63,554 bases of DNA from Chrysemys picta bellii (Eukaryota), in contig NC_088810.1 in the NCBI RefSeq assembly GCF_011386835.1, positions 930,447-994,000 of the forward strand, read 5' to 3'. The position numbers and the translations under genes are program-made. Shown here in pieces: positions 62,500-63,554 of the stretch. Each line of letters begins with the position of its first letter. The stretch's first letter is position 1. The notes under the pieces are model-generated. The model was not told the origin of the DNA. It saw only the letters and a program-made list of their open reading frames with translations, and did not search any database.

Positions 62500-62835
62500 T
62501 TCCCCCGCCCCTCGCGGAGTGGGCGTGGCTGACCGGCCCCTCGGGGCGGGAATGCCCCGCCCTTCTTGTCTAGGGGCGGGGCTGTTTCTTTCCCTCTCCT
62601 CTCTCCTCGCCTCGCGCCGCGGCCGTTAGCCGCCTTCTGCCGGGCGCGAGACCAGCGGCTCTCTTTCCCGCGCTGCCCGCTGATTGGCGGCTACCGTCCC
62701 TTCGCCCCACGCTGATTGGCCACAATGTACCAATGCCCCTCGATGATTGGCTAGAGGTTTTGGCGGGCTCTGGTAGACGAAGGCGAAGGGTTGTTGGGGT
62801 AGAGGCTGGTGCAGCCCAATTCTGACCAATCCAGT
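62500..62835. promoter_or_regulatory. CpG-rich bidirectional promoter with six CCAAT boxes and GC boxes; probable PRR19 non-coding exon 1 with donor at 62533
   Basis: ATTGG at 62683, 62715 and 62746; CCAAT at 62730, 62816 and 62826; GGGGCGGG motifs at about 62544-62580; minus-strand CCG|gtcagc. Confidence 0.7.
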
Positions 62836-62844
62836 CAGTGTGGG

Positions 62845-63225
62845 GAGACCCCAGCGCCGAGGGGAGAGACCCCAACCTGGGCTGAGCCTCAGGGCTGAGG
62901 GGAGAGACCCCAACCCAGGCTGAGCCCCAGGGGCCGAGGGGAGAGACCCCAACCCGGGCTGAGCCTCAGGGGAGTGACCCCAACCCAGGCTGAGCCTCAG
63001 GGCTGAGGGGAGAGACCCCAACCCGGGCTGAGCCCCAGGGGAGAGACCCCAACCCAGGCTGAGCCTCAGGGCTGAGGGGAGAGACGCCAACCCAGGCTGA
63101 GCCTCAGAGCTGAGGGGAGAGACGCCAACCCGGGCTGAGCCCCAGGGGCTGAGGGGAGTGACCCCAACCCGGGCTGAGCCCCAGGGGCCGAGGGGAGAGA
63201 CGCCAACCCGGGCTGAGCCTCAGGG
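62845..63225. repeat. Minisatellite (about 37 bp, about 10 copies) next to the promoter
   Basis: ggggagagaccccaacccaggctgagcctcagggctga repeated. Confidence 0.92.
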
Positions 63226-63410
63226 GATGATGAGGGTAGACCCCAAACTAGATTAAGCCTGTGAGGCAGGAGGACCCCTATTCAGGCTGAACCCCAAAGA
63301 CCCCAAAAAGGGCTGAACTCCAGAAGCGGAATTTGCCTGGGCTGTGGGGCCCTCATTTTATTGTCCCCTTACAGAGTTTACTGGGGCAGCAGGGCAAGTT
63401 GTCAGGCACC

Positions 63411-63491
63411 ATGAGTGACAATGCTGGAGAAGGGAGAGCATCAGAAAAGAGGAAAGAGCAGAAAGGCAGGAAAGCAGGCGAGAGTTCCAAG
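63411..63491 (+). CDS. Putative first coding exon of an unidentified plus-strand gene, head-to-head with PRR19
   Basis: Acceptor ttattgtccccttacag (exon start 63375), Kozak gcaccATGa, 27 codons MSDNAGEGRASEKRKEQKGRKAGESSK, donor AAG|gtgagg; no recognisable domain. Confidence 0.45.
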
Positions 63492-63554
63492 GTGAGGAGC
63501 CCAGGGGAGCAGCTGCTGGGAGCAGGTGACCCCCAGGGGGACCTGGGAAATTTG

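Noticed and set aside
63411-63491. Assigning the symbol PAFAH1B3
   Set aside because: Supported only by synteny; the peptide does not match.

Overview
GC-rich vertebrate genomic DNA, most likely from a reptile (turtle-like, inferred from the CR1, hAT and LTR repeat spectrum and an intact TLR21). It is not prokaryotic, and there are no CRISPR arrays, rRNA or tRNA genes. Genes found by manual splice and reading-frame reconstruction: MEGF8 (minus strand, 23 internal coding exons at 21333-1027, continuing off the left edge, first exon not visible); TMEM145 (minus, 13 coding exons at 46011-25849, last exons not visible); TLR21 (plus, one 957-aa ORF at 51050-53923); PRR19 (minus, two coding exons at 60854-57024). 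At the right edge are a CCAAT/GC-box bidirectional promoter and a probable first coding exon of an unidentified plus-strand gene. TMEM145 intron 3 (13 kb) holds a near-intact, full-length Gmr1-like Gypsy retrotransposon (SCAN-like gag, PR-IN-RT-RH order) nested in CR1 debris. A DIRS fragment, hAT/Harbinger MITEs, solo LTRs and many minisatellites fill the rest. Main observations: (1) at least seven exons have intronic tandem repeats built from their own exon/intron junctions, giving arrays of duplicate splice sites; (2) TLR21 lies between TMEM145 and PRR19, which I recall as direct neighbours in human; (3) four indels affect three MEGF8 exons and are probably assembly errors; (4) a 500-N gap hides MEGF8 exon 1 and the TMEM145 3' end. 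Homology calls rest on my recall of the protein families; no database search was run. Exon numbers are inferred from order.
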